Positions 24,542 through 37,700 of a stretch of 64,000 nucleotides of DNA are shown in pieces. The position numbers and the translations under genes were made by a program. Position 1 is the first letter of the stretch; every line of letters starts with the position of its first letter. Source of the stretch: Lingula anatina (Eukaryota > Animalia > Brachiopoda). The notes under the pieces are model-generated. The model was not told the DNA's origin. It made no database searches and saw nothing but the letters and a program-made list of their open reading frames with translations. Where the stretch lies: the NCBI GenBank assembly GCA_051362555.1, contig CM120642.1:12462001-12526000 (forward strand), in the 5' to 3' direction.

Positions 24542-25780
24542 TCACATGGTTAGTTTAGTTTCTTCGGTAGGCTCAGTAATAGTCTCATTCAAGCCCATAG
24601 CAGTTTTATGCTCTCCATTCTTCTTGTGCTCGTCACTGTCATCTGTGACGATGTCACTGGTGGTAAGCCGCTTGCACGTAGATCCATTCCTACCGTGGTC
24701 TACAGACCGCATGCGTGTTAGAACATAACCGTTGTCGTCCTGTGTTTCCTTGTGGCAGTTGCACAACTTTTTCAGTTTTGTAAAGAGTATCCCGTACCCG
24801 TGCCGTACTTCTTTCAGTCGTATACCATAAATCAGCGGGTCTGAGATTGAGTTTAGGAAGAACATAATGTTGGTGATAATCTGCAGTAAAGTGAATACTA
24901 AATCCGAATTTTCATGATTGACTATGGCAAATATGCTGGCCAATGTTCCAGGAGTCCAGAAGAGAATTATCGTTGCAAGAAGGATTGCAATCGTTGTTGT
25001 AAGCCGGTCATGGTGTGAGCGTTCCCCGGCGGGGAGGCAATGATCGCCATATTTGCTAACTTTTCTAGCCTGAGCGTAGATCATGATATAGATGGCAACG
25101 TTGACCACGGATAGCACTATGGTGGTTATGGCAAGATAGTATTCTCTGTACAAAATATACCTCTTGTAATGGTCGTCGCATGTTGTAACACTCTGCGCTA
25201 GGGCGATCCCGTGCATTATAAAATACGTGCACACCACCAGAACGCAAGACAGTATAATGGAGATTAAAGCCCGACGGTTAGTGACCATTGAGGAGTACCG
25301 CAGCGCGTGACTGACCGACAGATACTGATTTATTACAAGTCCGGTCGTGGCCAAAAAAGGCGGAATAATGAGGTAGCAGGACAAGTCTGAGAGAGTGTTT
25401 CCCGCACACAGTTGCTCGTCGCTCAGTTGAAAATCGACCGCAGACTGGAACATGACGGTCGCTGTGGTTGCGCCTACAAAACAGATAAATAGCAAAAGCC
25501 AGTCAGAGATTGCCAAGTACATCAAAAAATAATGAAACGGCCTCCATGGTTTGTGAGGAATAAGCCACAAGGCAAGAATAGAAACGAAGTTGAATACCAT
25601 CCCAATGAAAGTAACTACTGCCATGGTTGGATAGAACCATTTGTTTAAGGCTGTCTCGTCGAATCCTGTTTTGTTCCTTTCCATAGCGGTATCGTTCTCC
25701 GTACTAAACATTGGGGCGAGCACCGTAGTGTTTAAAACTATGGCATAATTAACCATAGATGTCGTTGCCTCCGCTGCCAT
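24542..25780 (-). CDS. Class A (rhodopsin-like) orphan GPCR, 412 aa, single coding exon
   Basis: Seven hydrophobic segments; N-terminal sequons (NTT, NDT, NKT); TM1 GMVFN; TM2 LAISD; TM3 end NQYLSVSHALRY; TM6 FWTP; TM7 NSISDPLIY; helix 8 KEVRHGY. Confidence 0.95.
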   Translation of the reverse strand: MAAEATTSMVNYAIVLNTTVLAPMFSTENDTAMERNKTGFDETALNKWFYPTMAVVTFIGMVFNFVSILALWLIPHKPWRPFHYFLMYLAISDWLLLFICFVGATTATVMFQSAVDFQLSDEQLCAGNTLSDLSCYLIIPPFLATTGLVINQYLSVSHALRYSSMVTNRRALISIILSCVLVVCTYFIMHGIALAQSVTTCDDHYKRYILYREYYLAITTIVLSVVNVAIYIMIYAQARKVSKYGDHCLPAGERSHHDRLTTTIAILLATIILFWTPGTLASIFAIVNHENSDLVFTLLQIITNIMFFLNSISDPLIYGIRLKEVRHGYGILFTKLKKLCNCHKETQDDNGYVLTRMRSVDHGRNGSTCKRLTTSDIVTDDSDEHKKNGEHKTAMGLNETITEPTEETKLTM

Positions 25781-26598
25781 ATCTCTCCCTGAATAAATGG
25801 TTCATAAACTAATTAGTTTCAGTGTCTTTCTCGTAATTCGATTGACAGTTTTTGGGATCGGGAAGCCAATTACTTCTGACAATTTGCAATCAAACAAATA
25901 TCAAAGCCTTATCGCTGCGATGCAAATGACAAAAAAATCATCCGTTCCTGTTGCCAGTATATTATGTAGATCCTTTAGGAGAACTACGCTTATAAGCAGC
26001 GTGCTGTCGAAGAAGTCTCCCTGCGATGTCGTTTCATAGTACATAAAGATACATCATCTTATCACATACGTCTTGATGCTCTCTGGAGCACGGAGTGGTG
26101 GCTCTACAGGGAGATTCCTGTATTCCCTTATTAACGTGCGCTCTCGGTTGGTAATTGCTACAGCAATCTGAATGGTTTCAGATTTGAAGACAGAGTAGAA
26201 CCACGTGTTCGTTTTTTGGATCTCCTGCTAGTGATGTAAAGGCGCCCCATGTGCTGATCTTAAAACCCGGTGGTACATGGACTTTCTTTCACGGGGAGTA
26301 GGGTTAATATCTGGAAAGAAAATACCATGAAACATTTTACAGGTAAAGCAGACGTACCTGCTGTGAAATTAACTAACTTTGTTAATCGCATGTGTGTCTG
26401 TATATATTTTGAGAATAAGTGAGGGAGTGTGCGTACGCATGTTCTTTTTTCAGAGCGAGGCCTTGACTCGTGAGCGCGTTTGTTTGTGACGTCTTTTAGA
26501 ATATTTATAGAGACAAATGCGTGTTTTTTTTTTCCACGTTATATGCTGTTCATATTGAAAGTGGTATCGAACGTGACCCACGTTTCACATTAACTCTG

Positions 26599-26680
26599 CA
26601 GGCCCGTAGCCAGGGGGGATCGGGGGGTTCGAAAGAACGGCCTTTTTTGTCGAGAAAAAGTCCGCTCTGGGTAAAATTTG
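26599..26680 (+). mobile_element. hAT-like MITE left-end fragment
   Basis: CAGGCCCGTAGCCAGGGGGGATCGGGGGGTTCG..AAAAAGTCCGCT; right end not found. Confidence 0.5.
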
Positions 26681-27632
26681 GTATAGGTACACGAAGATTT
26701 AAAGGTACATACGAACCGAGCATAGGTAGAGCGTGGATATCCAGTAACACATGTAAACCACTTCTACTAGTTTCTTATACGACTAAAATAAATTCGATAT
26801 GCCAAGGGATAAACTGAATAGATCACTTGATCAGCCATAAAAGAGCTTTAGACTGCTCCTTTCTTTAAATTTTTGGTCGGAAATTTAACCTACTTTCGTG
26901 ACCTATTTTTCTGCCCCATTGGCATACAGCATAGAATGCTAGCAGAAAAATCCGTTCAAACATAACTGTCGGGTAAAATTAAACAATGCCTTTTGGTTAT
27001 TCTCTTACTTATACTATTTGAAACTATATGCTGGTATTTGGTTGGTTTTTGTGACAAAAAATTGACTTTGTATGCATCTTTAAGGTAAAAGAGATACTTT
27101 TCTGAAAAAGAAACGCCCCTTTGAAGTTGCTGGCTGCCGGTCTGATCTTCAATAACATAAAGTCACATTGCCTTTGGCAGAGAGCATAACATGTCATGCC
27201 TTCTACCCTGTAGCAAAACAGCCTCCACAAAATTTTCTTGCCGGACACGCGATGTAAACGACCTTTCGGCACTCAATGCCTAAATATTAGCTATATGCAA
27301 CCGGTGAGACTGAAAGTTAAAGGGTTTCAAAAGTATAACTAACTGATTCTATTTTTGTGATCCAGTTAAGTTGCATATCTTAAGATATACCTCGTTAAAA
27401 ACGTTACCAGTCTGACGCGAAGATAACATGTAAAAATATGATACATGGCACAACAGTTATTTCATATATAAATATTAACCAGATTTTACTTAATGTGTAC
27501 ATGTATCTCTGCCACTTACGTGGTCAGTTTCACAGTATCGTGCAGCCTATCTGACCGCCACGGACACTGCCTCTCATGCACATATCAAGCAGACGCATTA
27601 GATAGAAATCACTTATGGCATTCAAGCAGACG

Positions 27633-27635
<3 letters not shown>

Positions 27636-27691
<56 letters not shown>
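27636..27691. repeat. (TA)n microsatellite
   Basis: Direct observation. Confidence 0.97.
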
Positions 27692-27694
<3 letters not shown>

Positions 27695-30600
27695 CTACTA
27701 TTCGGCTACTTGGATATACCCTGCAACCAAATACACACTCACATCACGACGCAGGTCTCCTGAAATGTCAATCATGCCTTAATAAACTGGCAGACAAACA
27801 GCAAGGAACTTACAGTTATGTCTCGTTGAAACAGGACTGCGACCCTTCCTCGACCACGGCGTTCACGAAATTTTAACTCTCACCCGTCTAGGCTCTACTC
27901 TATTTTTGCCACCTATTTGTGTGTACACCATTTACCAGCAATTGCAACTTACATCCGGTAAACGTCGGGCTTATGGCCCCATGAAAAATGATTTTCGCCT
28001 ACTCTCGCCAAGAGTCGCAGGGATATATAGTCACCGGTCGCAAGGCTTTTGCAAGTGTTTTGAACTGTTCCATACGGACGTTAACCCCTAGGCGACCGAT
28101 GAAGAGAGAGACGGAGACTACTGAGATTTCTTGGACATCACCAAGATATTTCGCGACTGATGGAGAGGGAAGGCCAAAATTCACTCTCACAAGCCAGGTG
28201 TCAAAGTAGTGTTGGCTTAAAAATCAAAATCAACGAGAAATTCTTCAACCCAAATCGCTAGCTATTGCCAAACCCGCATTTCTATAATGGATAGACACAA
28301 TTAATATTACAATAAAGGGGCGTTTTTACCTGCTTTCCGTATTATTCGATTATTGGGTCGGCCTATACAACTTGTCCCGTATGCATTTCGCTTGCGTCTA
28401 GCTTAATATGGCCACAGCCGCTGTGTCGTTGAAAGAATCTAAAGTCAAAGTACTAAATCTCCTGCAATTCTTCACCTATACGTCGTTAAATTCGACTCGT
28501 GATCTATTAGTATTCCTATATATCATTCTGGCTATCAGTCCGCTATAACTACCGAATATCATTGGAATCTTACCTGCCGTCTGCTGCGCACACCTTCCCC
28601 TATATTACCTGTACGATTTGCGCACCTGCGCGACGAACCGTATTTGTGATTAAATTGGAGAGCCAAGTATCCACACTCTTGCAGTGAATAGTCTAAATAT
28701 GCAAGCTATTTTGCAACTAATCAAATCGCAGTTTTGCATGTGCCAACTTTTTGCTGTATTCAAAAAAGCCGTCATGCCCCAGTAATTAATAACTTTTTGC
28801 GTCGTCTTTTTGACCCTTGTTTGTCTGATATTTTACACACCACGGCTAAGGCATTTCCAAATCCACATATACTTAGTATTCGATAATGGAGACAAGGAAA
28901 CTGCATAATACTCTTCGTGAGATTTCTGAATCCCAAAGAAAAAACATAGCGAATATTGGATTAAATGTGTGAAGAATGCCTACACATAATCCACACTTCC
29001 CGCGCCCTCGGGATGTATCATATGTCCATATTGCTGCTATAGGCTTCAGCACTGTTGCCTCTATACCAGCACATTTTTTTTCTTCTGTCAGAGTGGGCAC
29101 ACTCAAAATATCACTGAACAGTAAATCACATTAGTTATTAATGCATGTCAAGCTGTGCAGTTATTCAATCTCTCACGCAAGAATTTCCATGCACTGTTTA
29201 TTTCATTCTTATTAGATTTTCCAAGTACTACTGGTACTGGTACTACATGCGTGCACACGCAAATGAAATCTTTGAAATTGCAGATTTACTCTGATATATA
29301 TATACATATATATACCTACACATATATATATATTATACTAGATATATATATATACTTATATATACGTACTGTCCCCGGTTAAATTTGTTGTGCCAAAAAT
29401 GCTGCCAATTTTTTTTATTCCTTGATTCTCTTTTGAAATAAACCAACGCACTTAAACTTTCCAGTAAAATGTCTTTTTAGCAAGTCTTGTTCAAGTGCAG
29501 AGCTAGTTAGTATCCCCAACACAGACGCTGCGCGTTTTTCTATGGCATTAATGATGAATTAATGAAATGTCATGCAAGCCCAATACTTCTGAATATACTT
29601 CACACCTGTGCTAAATAATCAAGCACTTCTCCTCCCCAAAACGCAGAAACATGTTTACTGAAAAATACGCTGCCTGAGCAGTTGCATAATCATATTTTCT
29701 GTATATCATGTAACGGAATTCATGCTGATTAATGAAGCAATGACGTAGTACTGATCAATACGGGATTTATGGGTGAACAAATGATGAAATTGTGATTGAT
29801 TCCATGGGGGGCTTAATTTGACACCTTAACAAGCGATTGCACGTAATATGAAGCCAGAACCAAACATCTGTATACATTACTACTGTCCAACACCACCGTC
29901 ATTTTCACTTAATTTGGTTTTCTACAAAGCTCAGGTATTAACAAACAATAAGCGTTAGAATCGAGGCCAATGAAGGTATAGCTTAAACCTCCTATACGTG
30001 ACTTTCAATCATTCATCATTTTTCAGCCGCTGAAGAGTACCAAATACGTTCTTCAACGTTACCTGTATTCTGCTCATGAACGGAAGTTTTCTTCCCTGCG
30101 GCTAGAAAAGTGACTTTACGTATTAATAATGAAACGCAGCGTCGTTGATTTCACCCTTGATCGGTTGACGTCTCTGTGTAGCATGACTGCATCTTGAATT
30201 AAAGAGTTCATTCCACCTTATTTCTCACCTCAACTGCTAACGCCGTTGCGGTTCAACGGCCTCCAATCACGTTCGCTTCGCACAGAGGTCAGGATCCCAA
30301 AACAACTCGTGAACTATGCTATTTTTCTGCGCTGAATTTTCAACTCGACGAGCAGTGGGTTCTTAGCGTTCTGTTACTGGCACTGCCCCCAAGTTCACCG
30401 ATATTTAACTGACATTGGAAATCCCAGCAGCGACCCCTCGCAATGAACTCCAATCCAATTTGTGAATGTTAATTTGTTTCAGAGTAACTAGGCGAGATTT
30501 TAAAAATATACCTGGGTACATAAACATATTATAATTGTTGTTTGGCATGCCTATTATTTTCACTTACAGACTTCCCCATCACGGACCCTTTGACCTGGCC

Positions 30601-32041
30601 TGTAAAGTCATGTTTTGTCACTTCGGTCTCTATTCCTTTCTTTTAGTCATGTCCACAAATATCGCGCCATTGTTATAGCGCCCTTTAGCCTTCATCGGTT
30701 ATAAAGAAGTACAGGCGTCCCCGCCAATGAAACGCGCCTCAGTTTTCTATCCTTTAACACTGTTCCTTTGTTTTGTTATTTTCTGTGACTTTTCATCTAA
30801 ATGCTTTCTGTAGAGAAAGTTTTCAAGATTGTTTTATGAATGCAGAGAAAATTTTGGGTTAGGTCGTATCGGCCAGCTGATGGAGTCTGCTGATCTAAAT
30901 TAGTCTTGATTGAAAAATTCCACAGCGAATCAATCGATATTATAAGGCACGCATGACGAAATAAATGTTCTACCGATGAAAACGTCGAATTTGGGCAATA
31001 TTGACGAGGTAAGTCCAGATTTGAAAACATATTTTAAAACATAAAGAACAAAGTAAATGAAACTTACGAGTTTTTTTTTTTTTTATATATATGCGTGTTA
31101 CATCTGTCTCTCGTGGTTCCTTTCATACTTGATACTTTTCATGAACAACGGTTGCATTTTACCTTAAACGTTACCTAAAACCGTATTCCTTAATTCGGTT
31201 CGTTTATTTAAGATATGATAAATCATATAAGTTCACTTTATGTAATGAATGAACATTAGAATCAGCAGAAATATTTCTAGTTGTTTTTAGAGGTTTTAAA
31301 ATATTTCCTCTTTCACGTGCAAAAGCAGGGTATTGACAGAGGCGATGACAACAATACAACTCGGCTTTTAAATACCCATAAATATTTATCATTTGTCAAA
31401 CAACTGTCCATCAAAGTCAACGGTTGGTGTTAACAGAGGTTTATTAGGATTTTCCTCTCTCAATACCTAACCTTAAAGACAAAATATTCCACCAATAGAC
31501 CTTTACTTAAAAATCAGAGCTGGCAAAGTATTTAAGACATCGAACCATGCCACATGCGCACCAATGAAGCGAAACCGCCAGTAACTTTTAAGTCTCAGTG
31601 ACGTCAACAGTTGTTTTCCACCTCTTCAATACACCCAAGAAACACATATTGCATCATGCCTCCGAACAAATAACAGCCGTAAATAATCCAATCATTCATA
31701 GTGATTTAACGACAGATCGATTCCCGCGTCGGAGCAGGTGTTTGATCGCATTCAATCTTTGATTGATTATGCAAGTTCATTTCATGATACAAAATGTTGA
31801 GACCACGGCTAACAGCAAACAGGTGGCTAGGTAAATGGAACAGCTGTTATAGGGACGGGTGGGAATTGACACATTTGGCCAAAATCCCTTGCCCCATAAA
31901 ATTCCTTGAATAATTCGATGTGAGTGTTGTTAAAAAACGCTGCTTATACATGTATCATACCGTTTTATAAGTGCCAATTCATTTAGCGGTAATATAGTAT
32001 AACCACGCCACTATACCTAACCACTTCACTGGCATAGTAAG

Positions 32042-32207
32042 CAGGGGCGGATCCAGAGATTTTCTGACAGTCTTCCAATTTATCTTCGTTGATCTAACCT
32101 CTATTTCTGACCGTCTACCGACAAAAAAAAAAAGATACCCGTCAATGTAAACTTGATATTCTGACCGTCTTCCAGAAGACCCAAAAGACGACCTAAATTC
32201 GCCCCTG
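32042..32207 (+). mobile_element. hAT-like MITE family 1, copy 1 (5-bp TSD GTAAG)
   Basis: CAGGGGCGGAT...TTCGCCCCTG termini; GTAAG on both flanks; homologous to 33657-33824 and 46785-46936. Confidence 0.9.
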
Positions 32208-32212
32208 GTAAG

Positions 32213-32760
32213 GGACAACGACGTTACTGTGCCCAGTATAGGATAACCGCGTCACTGTACCTACTAATATAGGATAACCGTTCCGTCTACAGGATAACTA
32301 CGCCCCTATTCCTACACACAATGGACAATAGGACTGTCACCTCTACTGAACCAATAATTAGGGGAAGATAAGTGACTGTGGAATGATATGCTCCTGGTAT
32401 CATTTAATTAACATCAAATTTCACAAAAAAAAATGCAGATCAGACATTATAACTACTCAAGATCTGCCTACTTTGATTATTATTTTATTATTGATTACTC
32501 GATTATTATTTGATTACTCTGATTCAGGGGGTGACACTACTATTATCCATTGTGTGTACTAAAGATAATCGCGTTAGTGTACCTAGAAAATAATTATCTC
32601 GCCACTGTACCCAGCATGGGTAAACCACGTCACCATACCTTCTCCTACTTAGTGCCATGTCACAGTATTTAGTGTAATATCACTGCACCTAATATGGGAT
32701 AATACTGCTATAAACCTAGCAAATGAAGATCACATCACGGTACCTTGTGTAGGATAACCC
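32213..32760. repeat. Degenerate minisatellite (~28-32-bp GGATAACCGCGTCACTGTACC-like unit)
   Basis: Recurring GGATAAC / GTCACTGTACC variants at 32213-32390 and 32560-32760. Confidence 0.6.
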
Positions 32761-33656
32761 TGAGAAGGGTACTGTAGTAATGCCAAGGTTTCTTAAACAG
32801 GAAAATACTTGTCAGAGACTAAATATTGTCAAACCGCCTTTGATCTTAAGCCTACGCTCATTCATTCCTCCGGACACCCTATCTTCTTTACTTAACCCCT
32901 AGATTTTTTTCTGCACAAAAATTATTACAGGTGCGTCGTTATGAGCCCCTGTGATCAATGATTAGATTCCTTGATGATTCCACGATGTAGGTGTTAACGG
33001 TGTTTTTCCTCGTTTACAGGCAATTACCCAGAGGAGAAGAGCCCTATCCCACAAGATCTAATGGTAAAACACCTTGTTCGGCAAGCTGATCGAATAGCTG
33101 AGCGGTTAATGTTCAGTGATTTAAGGGAACACATGGCAGGTTTCCCGCGTGAATCGCGTGGGGTCTATGTTATCGTGTGATTTAATGCAAAAATACGAAA
33201 AAACTCGAGCAAGTTAGTCTCTCGTATTGGCCATTAAATGAGAGCCCCATGTAGTTTCAACTTAATCTTTATAAGTACACATGTAGGTGTAGCACAAGTG
33301 CTTTGTGGACAGTTCATCACAGTTTCCGATTACCCTTTACACTTTATGCAGGAAATTTTACTCACAAGTTTAACTCCCCAGTTTTCTTCTTTCAAACATG
33401 GTACTTTTGCCAAAATCATGGGGTACATGTTTGTTTGTAGGCTTTGTTGCCAAAAGTCTCTGTGAGTCACGTCTTGAAAAAAATGGTATCTTATTTCACT
33501 GAAAAAATTATGTCGCCAGGGTATTTTTTCGCGCAATGTTTTTTTTTATTTTTCCCGTTTGTGATAGATTTTGAAAAATGGCCGTTTAAGGAAATTGAAA
33601 CTCAAAGCACTCTGTCACTAATACTCGTTTCGCTGGATAAAAATAATAAAAAGGCT

Positions 33657-33824
33657 CAGGGGCTGATTTAGGCCGTCTTCTGGGTCTTCCGAAAGACGGT
33701 CAGATTTTCAAGTTTACACTGACGGGTATTTATTTTTTCTGTCGGAAGATAGTCAAAAAATGTAGGATGGATCAACAAATATAATTTGAAAGACTGCCAG
33801 AAAATATCTCTGGATCCGCCCCTG
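33657..33824 (-). mobile_element. hAT-like MITE family 1, copy 2 (inverted; TSD AGGCT/AGTCT)
   Basis: Reverse complement of copy 1 along its length; ends CAGGGGC...GGATCCGCCCCTG. Confidence 0.9.
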
Positions 33825-33867
33825 AGTCTCGCCGATCATAGTCGTTCTATTTAGACCCTATAAATTG

Positions 33868-33868
<1 letters not shown>

Positions 33869-33939
<71 letters not shown>
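33869..33939. repeat. (TA)n microsatellite
   Basis: Direct observation. Confidence 0.97.
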
Positions 33940-33942
<3 letters not shown>

Positions 33943-34419
33943 ATATGCTTTAGACTATAAAACATAATTATGAACAAATATGGGATATAGAACAGGTGAG
34001 TATGCTTATTTGCCTTAAGAATACCTGTCAATATATTTCATCGTAATAGCTATCGAATATGTATACAGACGGCAATACTTAAATAAAGGTATGTGTCTGA
34101 AATCTATTTTCTTATTTGCTTTCTTCTGGGTTTTTTTGTTACATACAAGTGTGCACGCACAGTATCTGATTAATTTTGTTTGGTTAAACATACATTGCTC
34201 CTTGACATTAACAATGAAATTACTAATCTCGTTACACACACTACAGTGCAACGGACACACTAAAAGGCTACCACAACAAGACCCCCTGTTCTTTCTGATC
34301 ATGATGGCCGCCTCATTAAACCGCTGACCTAGATAGATCTATTTAGGTTATTCATTTAGCTGCCCCTGTCCTCGACTAACTATACCATGTGTCAAGTAGG
34401 TGGACACCATGAGGGGAGG

Positions 34420-34780
34420 AATGGCTTGGTTATATTTATAAGGTTAAAAAATGGCGAACCTATCGTTCAAGCTGGGTTCTTCGGTGGAATCGTCACATAT
34501 GACAGAGTTTATAGAGCCCACTAGGAACTCATTTCTTTCGAAATACCCCCTCAGGATATACAAGGATCTATTATTACCCTGACATTGGAAATAAGGGAAC
34601 GCACGCGCCCCTTAAACTTTGCGTGCACCGCGTGAATCTGTATCACATGTCCCTTATTAGATATACAAGCGCCTTTTTAATGGTCGTTTAGAAGCATTTT
34701 AGTGGTAAAATTGACAGGGGGTGTTACGAGAACATCAATTTGGAAAGAGTAACTCGGGTAGGAGGTTAATAGGGATGAAC
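34420..34780 (+). pseudogene. Possible degraded non-LTR retrotransposon RT fragment
   Basis: Frameshifted pieces IRLKNGE..., EIPPQDIQGSIITPDIGNKG, IYKRLFNGRLEAF..GVLREHQFG..GRR echo the LINE RT pattern (LKNGKA / IP.DW..G.I.PI.KKG / Y..ILN.RL / Q.GFR.GR); multiple stops. Confidence 0.45.
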
Positions 34781-37700
34781 CTCATAGTGCCCTTTTCTAA
34801 GGAGGTCCAAAGAGGGGTCCTCCTACCCAAGTCTATAGAATACCCATAAGAATTAGGTTTCATGCACATGTATGTATAGGCCTACAGTCGGAGAACTGTT
34901 TAGACAGTCATTACACACCACTATACGACAACTAAATACAAGAAAGGGAACTGAGAAAAAGGGTCGAAGTCAACAATCGCTATTGGTATGTGATATTTGA
35001 ACGGGGCTCTCAGCTTCAATAATCTCCTTCACCATTGTTCAAGGTTCTTTTTTAAGAACCACCTTGAGCATCCAACTTCCTCCTATTTCATCTGAATTTC
35101 AAGATTTTGAATTTGACAAAGAGCACAGTAATATTTCCCCTGCTTAAGCTACACAGTTATGCTTGGTTATACAATGTACATGTACATCTACTTTTCAACG
35201 TTATATACTAACGCTGTATACCTGTATATAATATCATTTCCATAAAAACGCCATCCATCGATATCCAGTGTTTCGTACAGTATAGTAAGCAAACGTGTTA
35301 GGGTGACCTTCATTAAACGCCGGGAAGACGTGTCACTTAACTCACCTTCGATATCGACAGCATGCCCCACTGGTATTCAAACCGGCGTTCAATAAGCGGG
35401 ATTAAAAGTTACCAAAAGGTTGAAGTGTTGCTGACGCAAATAAAAGTCCTGCACGTACAACTACAAACATGATGCACGCTGCCGCCTAAAGTATCATACA
35501 ACCTGGCTACCTGTTGCCGTGTTTGCATTGCGCGTATAGGACTGCCAACACAACACCGGCTCCCTGATCGTGTTTCACGAACCTTAGACTAGGGACAAAG
35601 CGAAAAAAGCTGGAAACCTATTTTTGACATCAATTGAACTTGGGCTTTCACGCTTGGGTTTTTTGAAAACACGGTTATTATAAAGAAGGCAAACAATCAG
35701 GCTTAGACTGAAACTGGCTCCTTCTTTTACCTGTGCAGAATTCCGTTTGAAAAGGCGTTAGTTTCGCAACAGCTGTACTACGGTATGTCTTCTCCCCTTT
35801 CCACGGCAGGCGCTAATGATCATCGAAGTAGTATTACATGCATTATTAGCCTTCATAATAGAGAATATAAATACCAATCAATATATTTATACAATCTATT
35901 ATTTGACATTGATATGTGAAAAAAAAGAAATAAAATTAAAGTTACACATTTGAAATCTGCGAGAGAAAAAAAAGACGAACAAAATAACCATCTCTAAATC
36001 ACCTGGACTCGGGTACATGAACGGTGCCTAGAAATAGGCAATAAATGAAGCAAAGAAATGATAACTAAATTCCAGGTTTAAATGAAATCAGCAAGAAACA
36101 GTTGCGTTGAACTTGCGCGTAAATGAAGAAATAACATTCCGAGCCCCCACAAGTTGCCCCTTAACCTGAGACAGACCCCTCTTTTTGTACGCTTTAATTA
36201 AACTCGAAGGTAAAGAAAAGGTGTCAAGTTAAAGCAGTTAAAGTACATGTGGCACAGCTAGGTCTTTCAGAATTTGATACGAAATTCGTCTTAAATTTAC
36301 GGCTAAAAATGAGTCTACTTTTACCCTAAAACAGCATGACTTCCCTGAATAAATCGAATTTCTGTTCAAAATGTCCGTCATTTCTTGATTTTTGTAGAAA
36401 TTCCCAATTTACGCTGATTACTGCCATTATTTTCATTGCGTCAAAATAGACCAAAATGTTCTATGATTAAAGTTAATACTGACTTTGATCTATGTTATGT
36501 TGCGAAATGCCCCTAGATTGTTTTCTACAATGTAACAAGAACCAATAGCATTCAATTGAAAGTTAATTTGATCTGTTGGATAAAATTTTAGGGATGCCCC
36601 CTGGATGTTTCTCTCTGCTTTCTGTTTGATATTATAGATAGATCAGTGACCCTGCTTTAATAGTCCCTCAGCATTGCCTTTTGACGGAAAAGTTTCACTA
36701 TTATTTCAATCTATTGACCGATCAGTTAACCATGCGGCTAGGAAACAAGACGACTGGTCACTCACCCGTCATTTCACCCCCCTCCCGAAATCAACAACTC
36801 TCCCGAACAAATAAAACCCCGTAATCGCACTTAACTTTAAGCCACCAAATAATTGAAAATCTACCAAACGTAAAAGTCGCCATATTCAATGAACCGAGTA
36901 ATCCACCAGTTAACGTCCACCGGTCCGAAATGAACGTGAGTAAACATAAACTGCGTGAGCCTCAAAGATCCCAAGACCCATACCGAGAAATTCATTTGCC
37001 CGGTTTACACAAATAGTCTCGGGCGTACGTCTCGGACTTATTTAATCAATACATTTTTTGACACGCCGGTTTGGGGAGCACTTTCAAACCCCGTCGTGTA
37101 AATTGGGATTTTACATTTGTTTTTGAGTCTGATTTTCGGTTGAGAGTCAATCTAATGAACATGCTGTGTGTGTTATCGTATACCGTAGAGAGCACCCATG
37201 CCCCATGGCCGTGGGGCGTGTCTAACGAACAGCATGGGAGATAGTGTTTACCTTCTCCTGATACGAACCATATATGTACGTCCCGTGTTTTGGGTGCGTG
37301 CAAAAATTTTGGGCGCCTGTTTTTTCATACGACTCGAATCCGACCGAAATTTTACGAATGAAATGACTTAAAGAGAAGTTAAAGAGTAACAAGGCTGATA
37401 AGCGGAAGGCAAACTTCAAAACACCTGACTTTGCGGGATGTGATATGTTAAAACTTTTAAGCTCCGTTCGCGGGTAGATGGGGTAGACGTAGGGCTTTGT
37501 TATCCTTTTCAATTGTCAAATAAACGCTGTAATCATGAATAAAAGAACTAGCGTTGCAGCTTATGGCTTATCAAGGGTTCACATGGACGCTTCCTAAAAG
37601 ATTTTGCAACGCATCAGTAAACTGTGCGGTGCTCGCCATGGTATCATAATATTGACTATTCACGCCCAAAATCTGCCCTTCTTATAAAATAGTTTTATCA

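Noticed and set aside
27493-27876. 127-aa ORF with an IYIYIY tract
   Set aside because: Kept open by the (TA)n microsatellite
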